Source: Thermoanaerobaculia bacterium
GTDB lineage: Bacteria; Acidobacteriota; Thermoanaerobaculia; Gp7-AA8
Length of the DNA stretch: 64,000 nucleotides
Assembly (NCBI GenBank): GCA_963719365.1
Contig: OY970380.1
Coordinates: forward strand, 1,038,903-1,102,902
Direction of reading: 5' to 3'
Part shown: positions 10,494 through 19,700 of the stretch, in pieces
Numbering within the stretch: the first letter of the stretch is position 1
How the letters are laid out: the number at the start of each line of letters is the position of its first letter
Made by a program: the position numbers and the translations under genes
Notes under the pieces: generated by a model
The model's input: only the letters and a program-made list of their open reading frames with translations
What the model was told of the DNA's origin: nothing
Databases searched by the model: none

Positions 10494-11045
10494 ATGACGA
10501 TGAACAGCACGTTAGTAGTGAAGTCGCTCAATCAATACTTGACATTTTTCCTGGCAGGAGAGGAGTACGCGCTCTCGATCCTGCAGGTCACCGACATCAT
10601 CGAATGCGGCGTTGTGACGCGAGTCCCGGGCACGCCGCCCTGGATCCGCGGCGTCCACAACCTGCGCGGAACGGTCGTGCCGGTGATCGACCTGGCCATC
10701 AAGTTCGGTCTGCCGCCGACCGAGATCACGCGCAGAACATGCGTCGTGATCGTCGAGTTGCACGTCGATGACGAAGCGCTGGTGATGGGCGTGATGACGG
10801 ACTCCGTGCATCAGGTCGTCGAGCTCGCACCCGATCAGATTCAGGCAGCGCCAGCGTTCGGTCCGCGCGTTCGCGTCGACTGCGTACTCGGCATGGCCAC
10901 GAGCAACGGCAAGTTCGTCGTGATCCTCGACATCGACAAGATTCTCGCGACCGAGGAGATTCTGACCGCGGTTACTGCGGCGATCGAGGATCAGCCGAAC
11001 GTTCCTGCCGGGCTTTCCACAAGCGCGTACGTTTCTGTTGAGTAA
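10494..11045 (+). CDS. cheW: Chemotaxis coupling protein CheW
   Basis: QYLTFFLAGEEYALSILQVTDII...IRGVHNLRGTVVPVIDL is the CheW-like domain. Confidence 0.9.
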   Translation: MTMNSTLVVKSLNQYLTFFLAGEEYALSILQVTDIIECGVVTRVPGTPPWIRGVHNLRGTVVPVIDLAIKFGLPPTEITRRTCVVIVELHVDDEALVMGVMTDSVHQVVELAPDQIQAAPAFGPRVRVDCVLGMATSNGKFVVILDIDKILATEEILTAVTAAIEDQPNVPAGLSTSAYVSVE

Positions 11046-11051
11046 AACGCC

Positions 11052-11918
11052 ATGATCGACGCCAACGCCATCCGTCCGCTGTCTGACCGCGAATTCCGGT
11101 CGCTGCAGGAGCTCATCTATCGCGAGGCCGGGATTCATCTGTCCGAGGCGAAGAAAGCGCTCGTCAGCGGACGGCTGACAAAGCGGCTGCGCGCCCTCGG
11201 TCTCGACAATTTCAAGGACTATTACGAACAGGTCGAATCGAATGCCGACGAGCGCACGCTCATGCTCGATTGCATCTCGACCAATGAGACGCGCTTTTTT
11301 CGCGAGCCGAAGCAGTTCGAGTTTCTCGAAGCGACGGTGTTGCCGCATTGGCGCGCCCTCGGCGACGCCGGAACCATCCCGAAGAGAATTCGCGTCTGGA
11401 GCGCCGCCTGCTCCACCGGCGAAGAGCCGTACACGCTCGGCATGGTTCTCGGGACGCATTTTCCGGACAGCGAAGGATGGTCGGTCGAGATCCTGGCGTC
11501 CGATCTGTCGACGCGCGTTCTCTCGGCCGCTCGCGAAGGCGTCTGGCCCATCGAGCGCAGCAACGACATCCCCGAGCGCTTCCGGAAAGCGTGGATGCTG
11601 CGCGGGATCCGCAGCGAAGAAGGCCGCATGCGCGCGCATCCGCGGCTGAAATCGATGATCGAGTTCCGCCGCATCAATCTCAACGATCGCAATTACGCAA
11701 TCCGCGATTCCTTCGATCTGATTTTCTGCCGCAACGTCCTCATTTACTTCAACCGCGAATCGAAAACCGATGTCATCAATCGCCTGACGCAGCACTTGTC
11801 GCCGGCGGGACTTCTGTTCCTCGGACACGCAGAGAGTCTGACCGGAACCACTCACACCCTCGAGCACGCAGGCCCAACCGCCTATCGCCGCGCGCAACGT
11901 CACCAGCAGGCGTCGTAA
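11052..11918 (+). CDS. cheR: Chemotaxis protein methyltransferase CheR
   Basis: N-terminal CheR helical domain plus SAM-MTase motifs IRVWSAACSTGEEPYTLGM and FDLIFCRNVLIYF. Confidence 0.9.
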   Translation: MIDANAIRPLSDREFRSLQELIYREAGIHLSEAKKALVSGRLTKRLRALGLDNFKDYYEQVESNADERTLMLDCISTNETRFFREPKQFEFLEATVLPHWRALGDAGTIPKRIRVWSAACSTGEEPYTLGMVLGTHFPDSEGWSVEILASDLSTRVLSAAREGVWPIERSNDIPERFRKAWMLRGIRSEEGRMRAHPRLKSMIEFRRINLNDRNYAIRDSFDLIFCRNVLIYFNRESKTDVINRLTQHLSPAGLLFLGHAESLTGTTHTLEHAGPTAYRRAQRHQQAS

Positions 11919-11933
11919 AGAAAAGGAGCATCC

Positions 11934-13016
11934 ATGCGAGCGTTCCATCCGTTTCTCAAGCCACTGGCCTGCGCAATCGCGCTCTTCGGCAGCGTTGCCG
12001 TCAACGCACAAACGCCGCCGTCGCCTGCCGACGCGCCATCTTTCAAAATCGGCGCGACGATTTTCGGCGACTACACCTACGTCGCCAATCCCGTTTCGAA
12101 AGACAGCGACGGCAACGTCATTCATCCCGATTCATTCAACGTGAGCCGCGCATACCTCAATCTGACCGGCCAGCTTAATCACTACATTTCATTTCGAATT
12201 ACTCCCGACATCGCCCGCGAAACAGGCAGCGGAAGCTCGCTCAATGGCTCGCAGACGTTCCGTTTGAAATACGGTTTCGCGCAACTGAATCTCGACGATT
12301 GGACGACAAAAGGCTCCTGGGTCCGCCTCGGCGTGCAGCAAACGCCGCTGCTCGACTACACGGAAGGGATCTATCGTTATCGCTTCCAGGGCACGATGTT
12401 CATCGAGCGCGAAGGATTCGTTACGTCGTCCGACGCCGGACTTTCGGGTCACTACAACATTCCCAACGACTACGGCGATATTCACGCCGGCATCTATAAC
12501 GGCGAGGGCTACAGCAAAGCGGAAGCGAATAATCAGAAGGCGCTGCAGATTCGCGGAACCCTGCGTCCACTGCCAAAGTCCGCGCTCGGAAAAGGACTGC
12601 GCGTTACCGCCTTCTATGACGATGACAATTACGTAAAAAGCGCCGTGCGTGAGCGGTTTTTGCAGCAGGTGACTTACGAACACGCACGCTTTACCGCCGG
12701 TTTCGAACATCTCAACACGAAGGACCAGACGTCCGCGGCGGGACGCGAAGTCACCGGCAACGGCTGGTCGGTGTGGCTCACTCCCCGTCTGACGAATGGC
12801 TGGGAATTGCTTCTGCGCCACGACGAAATGAAGCCCGATTCGTCCACGTCGCAACAACGCCGCCGCAACATCGCCGGCATTGCCTACTGGATTCCGAATC
12901 TGCAGAAAATGTCGTCGTCAGTCCTGCTGGATTACGACTCGCTAGAACAACAGAACTACAGCGTGCCGCGCCCGCGCGACACGCGCGTCGGACTGAAAAT
13001 GCTCGTGCAGTTCTAA
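11934..13016 (+). CDS. Putative outer-membrane porin-like beta-barrel protein
   Basis: Signal peptide (AIALFGSVAVNAQ), beta-strand-rich alternating pattern, C-terminal aromatic residue (..MLVQF) typical of OMP barrels. Confidence 0.55.
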   Translation: MRAFHPFLKPLACAIALFGSVAVNAQTPPSPADAPSFKIGATIFGDYTYVANPVSKDSDGNVIHPDSFNVSRAYLNLTGQLNHYISFRITPDIARETGSGSSLNGSQTFRLKYGFAQLNLDDWTTKGSWVRLGVQQTPLLDYTEGIYRYRFQGTMFIEREGFVTSSDAGLSGHYNIPNDYGDIHAGIYNGEGYSKAEANNQKALQIRGTLRPLPKSALGKGLRVTAFYDDDNYVKSAVRERFLQQVTYEHARFTAGFEHLNTKDQTSAAGREVTGNGWSVWLTPRLTNGWELLLRHDEMKPDSSTSQQRRRNIAGIAYWIPNLQKMSSSVLLDYDSLEQQNYSVPRPRDTRVGLKMLVQF

Positions 13017-13028
13017 CGGCAGATCACG

Positions 13029-14102
13029 ATGACACCGCGGCTGCAGCTTCTCGTCGTCGACGACTCGGCGGTCATGCGTCAGGCCATGATCGCCATCTGC
13101 CGCCGCGATCCCGGCATCGAAGTCAGCGTCGCCGCCGATCCGCTCATCGCCCGCAACAAGATGCGCCACAACCGGCCCGACGTGATCCTGCTCGACATCG
13201 AGATGCCGCGCATGGACGGCCTGACATTCCTTCGCCAGTTGATGGCCACCGATCCGATTCCGGTGGTCATCTGCTCGGCGCTGGCCGGACGCGGAACGCA
13301 GACTGCGCTCAAGGCGCTCGAAGAAGGTGCGGTCGAGATCGTGGCCAAGCCGCGCGTCGCGCTGCACGACTTCCTCAACGAATCGACGGAGATGCTGATC
13401 GAAACGATCCGGGCCGCCGCACACGCCCGCGTCCTCCCGCGCCTGCCGGCGATGGTCATCGAGAAGCGTCACTCTCCCGACGTCATCCTGCCGGCAGCGC
13501 GCGCGTCGCTCGCACGCACCACGCGCAAAGTCGTCGCAATCGGCGCATCGACCGGCGGCACCGAGGCGCTGCGCGAGATTCTGGAGAGCATGCCGGGCGA
13601 TGCGCCGGGCATGGTCATCGTGCAGCACATGCCCGAAGTTTTCACCGCCGCGTTCGCGCAGCGCCTGAATCAAACCTGCCGGATGGACGTGAAAGAGGCC
13701 GCCGACGGCGACCGCATCATCGACGGCCGCGCGCTCATCGCTCCTGGCAATCGCCACATGCTCGTCCAGCGCGACGGCGCTGAGTATCGCGTCGCACTCA
13801 ACGACGGCCCACTCGTCTCGCGCCACAAACCTAGCGTCGATGTCCTCTTCCGCTCGGTCGCGCAATCGGCGGGAAGCAACGCCATCGGCGTCATCCTCAC
13901 CGGCATGGGCAACGACGGCTCCACGGGCCTCCTCGAAATGCGCACCGCCGGCGCCATCACCTTCGCGCAGGACGAAGCATCATGCGCCGTCTTCGGAATG
14001 CCCCGCGAAGCCATCGCCTGCGGCGCCGTGCAATCGGTGCATTCGCTCAGCGCAATGGGAGGCGCAATTCTGTCGGCCAATGAGCGAATGCGGGGAAGGT
14101 AA
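13029..14102 (+). CDS. cheB: Chemotaxis response regulator protein-glutamate methylesterase CheB
   Basis: REC domain ([10 protein letters not shown]...[12 protein letters not shown]) plus CheB methylesterase motifs ([28 protein letters not shown]). Confidence 0.9.
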   Translation: MTPRLQLLVVDDSAVMRQAMIAICRRDPGIEVSVAADPLIARNKMRHNRPDVILLDIEMPRMDGLTFLRQLMATDPIPVVICSALAGRGTQTALKALEEGAVEIVAKPRVALHDFLNESTEMLIETIRAAAHARVLPRLPAMVIEKRHSPDVILPAARASLARTTRKVVAIGASTGGTEALREILESMPGDAPGMVIVQHMPEVFTAAFAQRLNQTCRMDVKEAADGDRIIDGRALIAPGNRHMLVQRDGAEYRVALNDGPLVSRHKPSVDVLFRSVAQSAGSNAIGVILTGMGNDGSTGLLEMRTAGAITFAQDEASCAVFGMPREAIACGAVQSVHSLSAMGGAILSANERMRGR

Positions 14103-14108
14103 ATCGCC

Positions 14109-14345
14109 TCACCGCACGGTGACGCCCATGAGTTCTCTCATCTTCCGAACGTCTTCTACAGAATCACCACGACCCACCTTGATCCGCCCTTGGCGATCGA
14201 GGAATGAGCGTCTGGCAGCGCTTACCAGAACGCGGTTCCCCACCAACTCCCACTTCAACACATCGCCAGGTCCGACTGCCAGTGCCTTTCGAATTTCTTT
14301 CGGCACCGTCGTTTGATGGCGTTTTGTAATCGTGGATTTATTCAT
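14109..14345 (-). CDS. AbrB/MazE/SpoVT-type DNA-binding protein (antitoxin-like), no adjacent toxin gene
   Basis: MNKSTITKRHQTTVPKEIRKALAVGPGDVLKWEL matches the swapped-hairpin AbrB-type domain. Start placed at the internal MNK (14345) rather than the longer ORF start (14393). Confidence 0.55.
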   Translation of the reverse strand: MNKSTITKRHQTTVPKEIRKALAVGPGDVLKWELVGNRVLVSAARRSFLDRQGRIKVGRGDSVEDVRKMRELMGVTVR

Positions 14346-14389
14346 CGGGTCCTCTCTGAGCCTAGGTGGTTCCTGTTCCCGCCGCCGAA

Positions 14390-14540
14390 GCACTCGGGCG
14401 GGACGCCCGAGTGCCCGCGGGCGAAGACGCCCGCACTCCTCAGATTACCGCGAACGCAAAAGGAGTGCGGACGTCTCGTCCGCGGCCGGCGGGCGTCCTC
14501 GCCCGCCGGTGTGTCCCGACCGAAGCCGGCACGCTCGTTC
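14390..14540. other. Cluster of four stable GC-rich hairpins in an intergenic region
   Basis: cactcgggcg-gga-cgcccgagtg; gcgggcg-aaga-cgcccgc; actcct..aggagt; ccggcgggc-gtcctc-gcccgccgg. Lies between the exonuclease stop and the AbrB-like start on the minus strand. Confidence 0.3.
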
Positions 14541-14543
14541 TCA

Positions 14544-15365
14544 TCAAGAACACAGGCGAGAAACTCTTGCAGACAACCGCGCATCGCCGGTCTTCTCCGC
14601 CATCGCTGCGAATGACGATGTCGCTCCCTGCCAGTGCAGCTCTTCAACGTCATCGAACAGTGGCGCATCGATTCGCAGTGTTGCCAGGTTCTTGAACAGC
14701 AGGGCCAGTTCGCGGCGATCACCATCCAGCACCGAAGCGGGAAACTTCTCGATCGGACCGTGTCGCTTAATCAAATCCGCGGCCGTCTTTGCTCCGATGC
14801 GCGGAATGCCTGGATAGCCGTCCGCGGCGTCGCCGACCAGCGCGAGGTAGTCGGGAATCAGCGCAGGGGCCACGCCGAACTTCGCGCGGACGCCGGCATC
14901 GTCGCGGATCTGGCCGCTTTTGCGATCGACTTGCACGACACGGTCGTCCACCACGCATTGCGCGAGATCCTTGTCCGGCGTCCAGATGCAGACTTTCTCC
15001 ACACGTGAATCGGCTGCCGCGAGATGTGCCGCCGAGGCGAGGGCGTCGTCGGCTTCGAGCTCGATCATCGGCCAAGTCGTTACACCCATCGCCACCAACG
15101 CTTCTTCCAGCGGATGGAACTGCCGCCACAGGGCGTGATCGATTCCCGCGCCGGTCTTGTAGCCGGGCCAGAGATCGTTGCGGAAGGACTCGATGATGTG
15201 ATCGGTGGCCACGCCGACGTGCGTCGCGCCCCCTTCGAGCATCTGCACGACGGTACCGAGAACGCCCGCAACCGCGCCGAACGGCGGATCGCTCTTCTTG
15301 AAACGGCGGATTCCGTAGAAGTGGCGAAACAGCTCGTAAGTGCCGTCGATGAGGTGAACGATCAT
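14544..15365 (-). CDS. 5'-3' exonuclease / flap endonuclease family (Pol I N-terminal-domain-like)
   Basis: MIVHLIDGTYELFRHFYG (N-terminal catalytic region) and H3TH region LVGDAADGYPGIPRIGAKTAADLI. Start set at the internal ATG 15365 with GGAGG RBS; the 388-aa ORF has a non-homologous N-extension. Confidence 0.8.
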   Translation of the reverse strand: MIVHLIDGTYELFRHFYGIRRFKKSDPPFGAVAGVLGTVVQMLEGGATHVGVATDHIIESFRNDLWPGYKTGAGIDHALWRQFHPLEEALVAMGVTTWPMIELEADDALASAAHLAAADSRVEKVCIWTPDKDLAQCVVDDRVVQVDRKSGQIRDDAGVRAKFGVAPALIPDYLALVGDAADGYPGIPRIGAKTAADLIKRHGPIEKFPASVLDGDRRELALLFKNLATLRIDAPLFDDVEELHWQGATSSFAAMAEKTGDARLSARVSRLCS

Positions 15366-15374
15366 GTTCTTAGT

Positions 15375-15440
15375 ATGGGGGTGGGGAGTTGGGGGTGGGG
15401 AGTGGAAGTTAGAACTCCCACTCCCCACTCCCGACACCCC
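15375..15440. repeat. GGGGAGT-heptamer-based imperfect palindrome (G4-capable G-tracts on + arm, C-tracts on - arm)
   Basis: gggggtggggagttgggggtggggagtggaagttagaactcccactccccactccc. About 20-bp arms with one mismatch. Same family as 38965-39055. Confidence 0.5.
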
Positions 15441-15536
15441 ACTCCCCGTAAAGAATGTAAGGCCTTCGTGACGGACCTGTGTATCCGTCGAACTATCGCG
15501 AGATCCTGCCGTACTCATCGGCCAAGGAGAAACACC

Positions 15537-15698
15537 ATGGACTTCGTAGCGGTGCTGCTGTTGGTTGCGTCTCTTTCCGGTGTGACGGCGTTTGCGACGA
15601 CCGATCGAGGAGCGGGGCTCGATCCGAACGGAGGCGCTTCCGTGACCTCGGCTTCGGCGAATACCGACAAAGGATTGGGCGTCGATCCGAACGGGTAA
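15537..15698 (+). CDS. Small ORF 1 (53 aa): hydrophobic N-terminus + repeated G-x-G-(L/V)-DPNG motif
   Basis: AAGGAGA RBS 7 nt upstream of ATG. MDFVAVLLLVASLSGVTAFATTDRGAGLDPNGGASVTSASANTDKGLGVDPNG. Paralogous to small ORF 2. Confidence 0.45.
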   Translation: MDFVAVLLLVASLSGVTAFATTDRGAGLDPNGGASVTSASANTDKGLGVDPNG

Positions 15699-15721
15699 GG
15701 CGTCAGTCAAAAGCGGTCACG

Positions 15722-15785
15722 CGGAGGCGCGGAGATGCGGAGAAAAGCATCTTCGCGCCTTCGCGCCTTCGCGTCTTCGCGTGAC
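15722..15785. repeat. CTTCGCG-heptamer palindromic repeat (REP-like) immediately after small ORF 1
   Basis: gtcacgcggaggcgcggagatgcggaga-aaagca-tcttcgcgccttcgcgccttcgcgtcttcgcgtgac. Tandem CTTCGCG units with an inverted copy upstream. Confidence 0.5.
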
Positions 15786-15904
15786 ACGTCAACGTCTCGG
15801 CAAGCAAGAGCCGCGTATTCGCAACGACCGCGGCGTTGCGATCGATCAGATGGCGGCCGGTCCGCAATACTCACGAAGCTCATTTCACAATAGGAGAAAC
15901 GCCA

Positions 15905-15988
15905 ATGGATCTCGCAGCTCTGCTTCTGCTGATTGCCTCCCTCCTCGACGGCACCGACGCCGGACCCAGAATCGATCCTGAGGGTTGA
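15905..15988 (+). CDS. Small ORF 2 (27 aa), paralogue of small ORF 1
   Basis: AGGAGA RBS 8 nt upstream of ATG 15905. MDLAALLLLIASLLDGTDAGPRIDPEG shares N-terminal MD(F/L)xA(V/L)LLL(V/I)ASL and C-terminal (L/I)DP(N/E)G with small ORF 1. Below the 60-aa cutoff of the supplied ORF track. Confidence 0.4.
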   Translation: MDLAALLLLIASLLDGTDAGPRIDPEG

Positions 15989-15998
15989 GTTGACGCCA

Positions 15999-16048
15999 GC
16001 GCGGAGAACGCATCGTCGCGTTCTCCGCGCCTCCGCGTGAAATTCAGA
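15999..16048. repeat. Perfect 13-bp hairpin plus CTCCGCGTGA tail (variant of the CTTCGCG repeat family) after small ORF 2
   Basis: gcgcggagaacgc-atcgtc-gcgttctccgcgc followed by ctccgcgtgaaa. Confidence 0.4.
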
Positions 16049-16077
16049 AACGAGCCCCAACGTATACTCCCCACCTC

Positions 16078-16749
16078 ATGGGTCGCCTCCACCTCGGCAC
16101 GATTTTCGGCACCACCATCACGCTCGATTTCAGCTTCCTCCTGCTCATCGCGTTTTTCATCATCTTCAACATGCAGGCGATGGGGATGCCCAACGCGTTG
16201 CTGTGGGCGCCGGTGATTCTGGTCAGCATCCTTTTCCACGAATTCGGGCACGCCATCATGATCGGCGTTCTCGGTTTCGGATCGAGCTCCATCGTTCTCG
16301 AAGGGATGGGCGGCGCCACCTACAACGAGCGCCGCGCCAGACCGTGGCAGGATCTACTCATCAGCGCCGCCGGCCCGGCTTCGAGTTTCCTGCTGGCCTT
16401 TCTGACCAACCTGGTCCTTGCCAATGTTTCCTACGTCTGGCATGACCGCTTCCTCATCGCGCTCCTGCCGATGCTGGCGCAGGTAAACGTCTGGTGGGGT
16501 ATATTCAACCTGCTTCCGATCGGGCCGCTCGACGGCAACGGCATCCTCCGCAACTTCTTTCGACTATTTCTTCAGGAGCGGCTGGCCTTCACGATCTCGA
16601 TCTGGATTTCGATGTTGGTTGGGCTGGCGGTTTTCATCTACTGTCTGATCGCGCGGCAAATCTTCATCGCCATACTCGTCGCGTTTTACGTCCGGTCGAG
16701 TTGGATGCAGTGGGAGTTCTTCCGATCCCACAACCGCACGGACGATTGA
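16078..16749 (+). CDS. M50 family (site-2-protease-like) membrane metalloprotease
   Basis: HExxH zinc motif in TM helix (ILFHEFGHAIM) and the second conserved motif NLLPIGPLDG. Multiple TM segments; 223 aa. Confidence 0.85.
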   Translation: MGRLHLGTIFGTTITLDFSFLLLIAFFIIFNMQAMGMPNALLWAPVILVSILFHEFGHAIMIGVLGFGSSSIVLEGMGGATYNERRARPWQDLLISAAGPASSFLLAFLTNLVLANVSYVWHDRFLIALLPMLAQVNVWWGIFNLLPIGPLDGNGILRNFFRLFLQERLAFTISIWISMLVGLAVFIYCLIARQIFIAILVAFYVRSSWMQWEFFRSHNRTDD

Positions 16750-16793
16750 AACAAAACGGACGGAACTCACCTAAAATAGCCTCGCCAACCCGC

Positions 16794-19700
16794 ATGGAAG
16801 TCCATCCCCCTCATCTCGCGCATGCTCGAAGCGCGCTCGCCAAGTGGCTTCGCGGCGGCCGGACACGCGCCTCCCACGAATCGTTGCGAACGACCGTGGC
16901 CATCTTGCGTGCGCAGCAGGAAGCCACGCTCGACGGCATCCTCGTCGTCGATGACAAGGGCGCGATCCTCTCGTACAACCGCCGTTTTCTGGAGATGTGG
17001 GGCATCCCCGAGGATGCCGCGAAAGCCGCGGATGACAACGAGCTCCTCGGATTTGCATCGGAGAAAGTGAAGGACTGGGACGAGTTCATCGAGCTCGTCA
17101 ACCATCTCTACACGCATCCCGACGAAGTGCGCGGCGACGACACGGTCGTGCTGAAAGATGGCCGCGTACTCTCCCGATCCTCCGTACCGATCGTCTCCGG
17201 ACGACGGATTCGCGGGCGCGCCTGGTACTTCCACGACGTCACCGAAAGCGTCCGCAACGAAGCCATGCAGTCGGCGCTCTTCCGCATTGCCACGCTCAGC
17301 CGCGAGGCGCGCAACCTCAAAGAATTTTACGGCGCCGTCCATCGGGTCGTGGCCGGCCTCATGGAAGCCACGAACTTCTACATCGCCGAGTACGACGCAG
17401 AACGCGACATCGTCACGTTCCCCTACTTCGTCGACCAGTTCGACGCCATCGCTCCCGAAGGCCGGCCGGTCGGACATGGATTGACCGCGTACGTGCTCCG
17501 CACCGGAAAACCGCTGCTTGCCACACCCGAGGAATTCGAAGACCTCAAGAAGAGTGGTGAAGTCGAATCGATCGGTGCGCCGTCTGTCGATTGGCTCGGC
17601 GTTCCGCTGGCTACGGGCGATCGCACGTGGGGCGTGCTCGGAGCGCAAACGTACGACGAAAGCGTTCGCTACACCGAGCGCGATCGCGATCTCCTCGTTT
17701 TCGTCGCCCAGCACGTGGCCTCGGCCGTCGAACAGAAACGCCAGGAAGACGCCGTGCGCGAGAGCGAGCGCCGCTACCGGCAGATGTTCGAGAACAACCG
17801 CGCCGTGCAGATCCTCCTCCATCCCGACACGGGCGCCATCGTCGACGCCAACGTCGCCGCCGTCGAGTTTTACGGCTGGGACCTCGACACGCTGCGCTCG
17901 ATGCACATCTGGGAGATCAACACGCTCGATGAGGAAGCCATTCGGCGCGAGATGGTGAACGCGTCCCAGCAGAAACGCAGCTATTTCGTCTTCCAACACA
18001 GGCTCGCCAACGGTGACCTGCGCGACGTCGAAGTGCATTCCGGACCGATCGTCACCGGCGGCCGCACGCTTCTCTACTCGATCATCCACGACGTCACCGA
18101 GAGGAAGATCGCCGAGGAAGCGCTGCTGCTGTCCGAGCAGAAGTACCGCAACATCGTCGACTACGCATCGGTTGGCATCTATCGCTCGACGCCCGCCGGC
18201 AAGATTCTGATGGCCAATCCGGCCCTCGCGCGCATCCTCGGGTACGACTCCACCGACGAGCTGCAGGGACGCAATCTCGCCACCGACGTCTACCTCGACG
18301 AGCGCGAGCGCACCAACGCGCTGGAGCGCTTCGCCGCGAACGACTTCACGATCGAACAGGAATTGCTCTGGCGCAAAAAGGACGGCACGCCGATCTGGGT
18401 GCAGCTCAACGCACACGCCATCGACCTCCAGGCCGGCGCTGAAGTCTTCGAGGGTTTCGTCTTCGACATCACGGAGCGCAAGCTCGCCGATCAGCAGGTC
18501 GCCGCGGCGAACGCGCAGCGCAAAGCGGTGCTCGATGCAGCCACGCGCGTCTCCATCATCGCCACCAACCCGTCCGGCATCATCACAGTTTTCAACTCCG
18601 GCGCGGAACGGATGCTCGGCTACAGCGCGAGCGACGTCATCGGCGTCCGCAACATCACCGAGCTCCATCTCGAAGCCGAGCTCGATCAGCATGCGCGCCG
18701 CCTGGCGTTCGAGCTCGGCGAAAAACTCACCGGCTTCGAAGTGCTCGTGCGCCGCGCCGCGCGCGAGGGACTCGAAGAACGCGAGTGGACCTACATTCGC
18801 GAAGACCGCGAGCCGCTCACCGTTCTCCTGTCGGTCACCGCGCTGCGCGACGAGCACGGCCACCTCACTGGATACCTGCACGTCGGCACCGACATCACGG
18901 AACGCAAGGTGGCCGAGGAAACGCTACGGCAGCAGACGGCGGCGATGACGGCATCGATGGACGGCATCGGCATTCTCGACGGCCGCCTCGACTTCACGTA
19001 CGTCAACGACGCACTGGCGAAACTCTTCGGCTATCACGATCCGCAAGAGCTCACCGGCCGCTCGATCTGCGATCTTTACGAACCGCCCGAGCAGGTGCGC
19101 GTGATCACGAGTGTCGTCCCGCTCGTGCAGCAGCGCGGACGCTGGCGAGGCGAGGCCACCGGCGTCCGCAACGACGGCACCACGTTTCCGCTGGAGATCT
19201 CGCTGACGGCGATCGACGGCGGCGGCATGGTTTGCGTCGTCCGCGACGTCACCGAGCGCACGTATGCCGAGGAGCAGATCAAACACCTCGCGTACCACGA
19301 TGCATTGACGACGCTGCCGAATCGCCTGCTGTTCAAAGATCGCGTCACGGTCTCGATCTCGCACGCGCAGCGCCACAACGGCCGCGTGGCTGTCCTTTTT
19401 CTCGACCTCGATCGCTTCAAAGTCATCAACGATTCCCTCGGCCACAGCATCGGCGACCAACTCCTGCAATCGGTGGCTGCACGCGTGCAGTCCTGCGTCC
19501 GCGACAGCGACACCGTCGCCCGCCTCGGCGGCGACGAGTTCACGCTGCTCCTCCCCGATCTTGTGCACGCCGAGGATGCCGCGGTCGTTGCGCAGAAGAT
19601 TCTGGAAGCCGTCCGCTACCCGTTCCACATCGAAGGCCGCGAGTTCTACATCACCACCTCGATCGGCATCAGCGTCTATCCCGAGGATGGCCCGGACGCC

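Noticed and set aside
10512-12125. 537-aa minus-strand ORF
   Set aside because: Antisense to cheW/cheR, which carry unmistakable motifs.
12773-13865. 336-aa (+) and 307-aa (-) ORFs
   Set aside because: Overlap cheB and the porin-like gene in other frames; low-complexity.
15722-16048. Tandem heptamer repeats considered as possible CRISPR array
   Set aside because: Units are 7-8 bp with no spacers and no cas genes; they are palindromic REP-like repeats.
16494-16793. Upstream extension of the 1365-aa ORF
   Set aside because: Overlaps the M50 gene in another frame. Homology-consistent start is ATG 16794, so the 5' 300 nt were discarded.
16767-18881. 704-aa minus-strand ORF
   Set aside because: Antisense to the PAS-GGDEF-EAL gene; no domain-like sequence.
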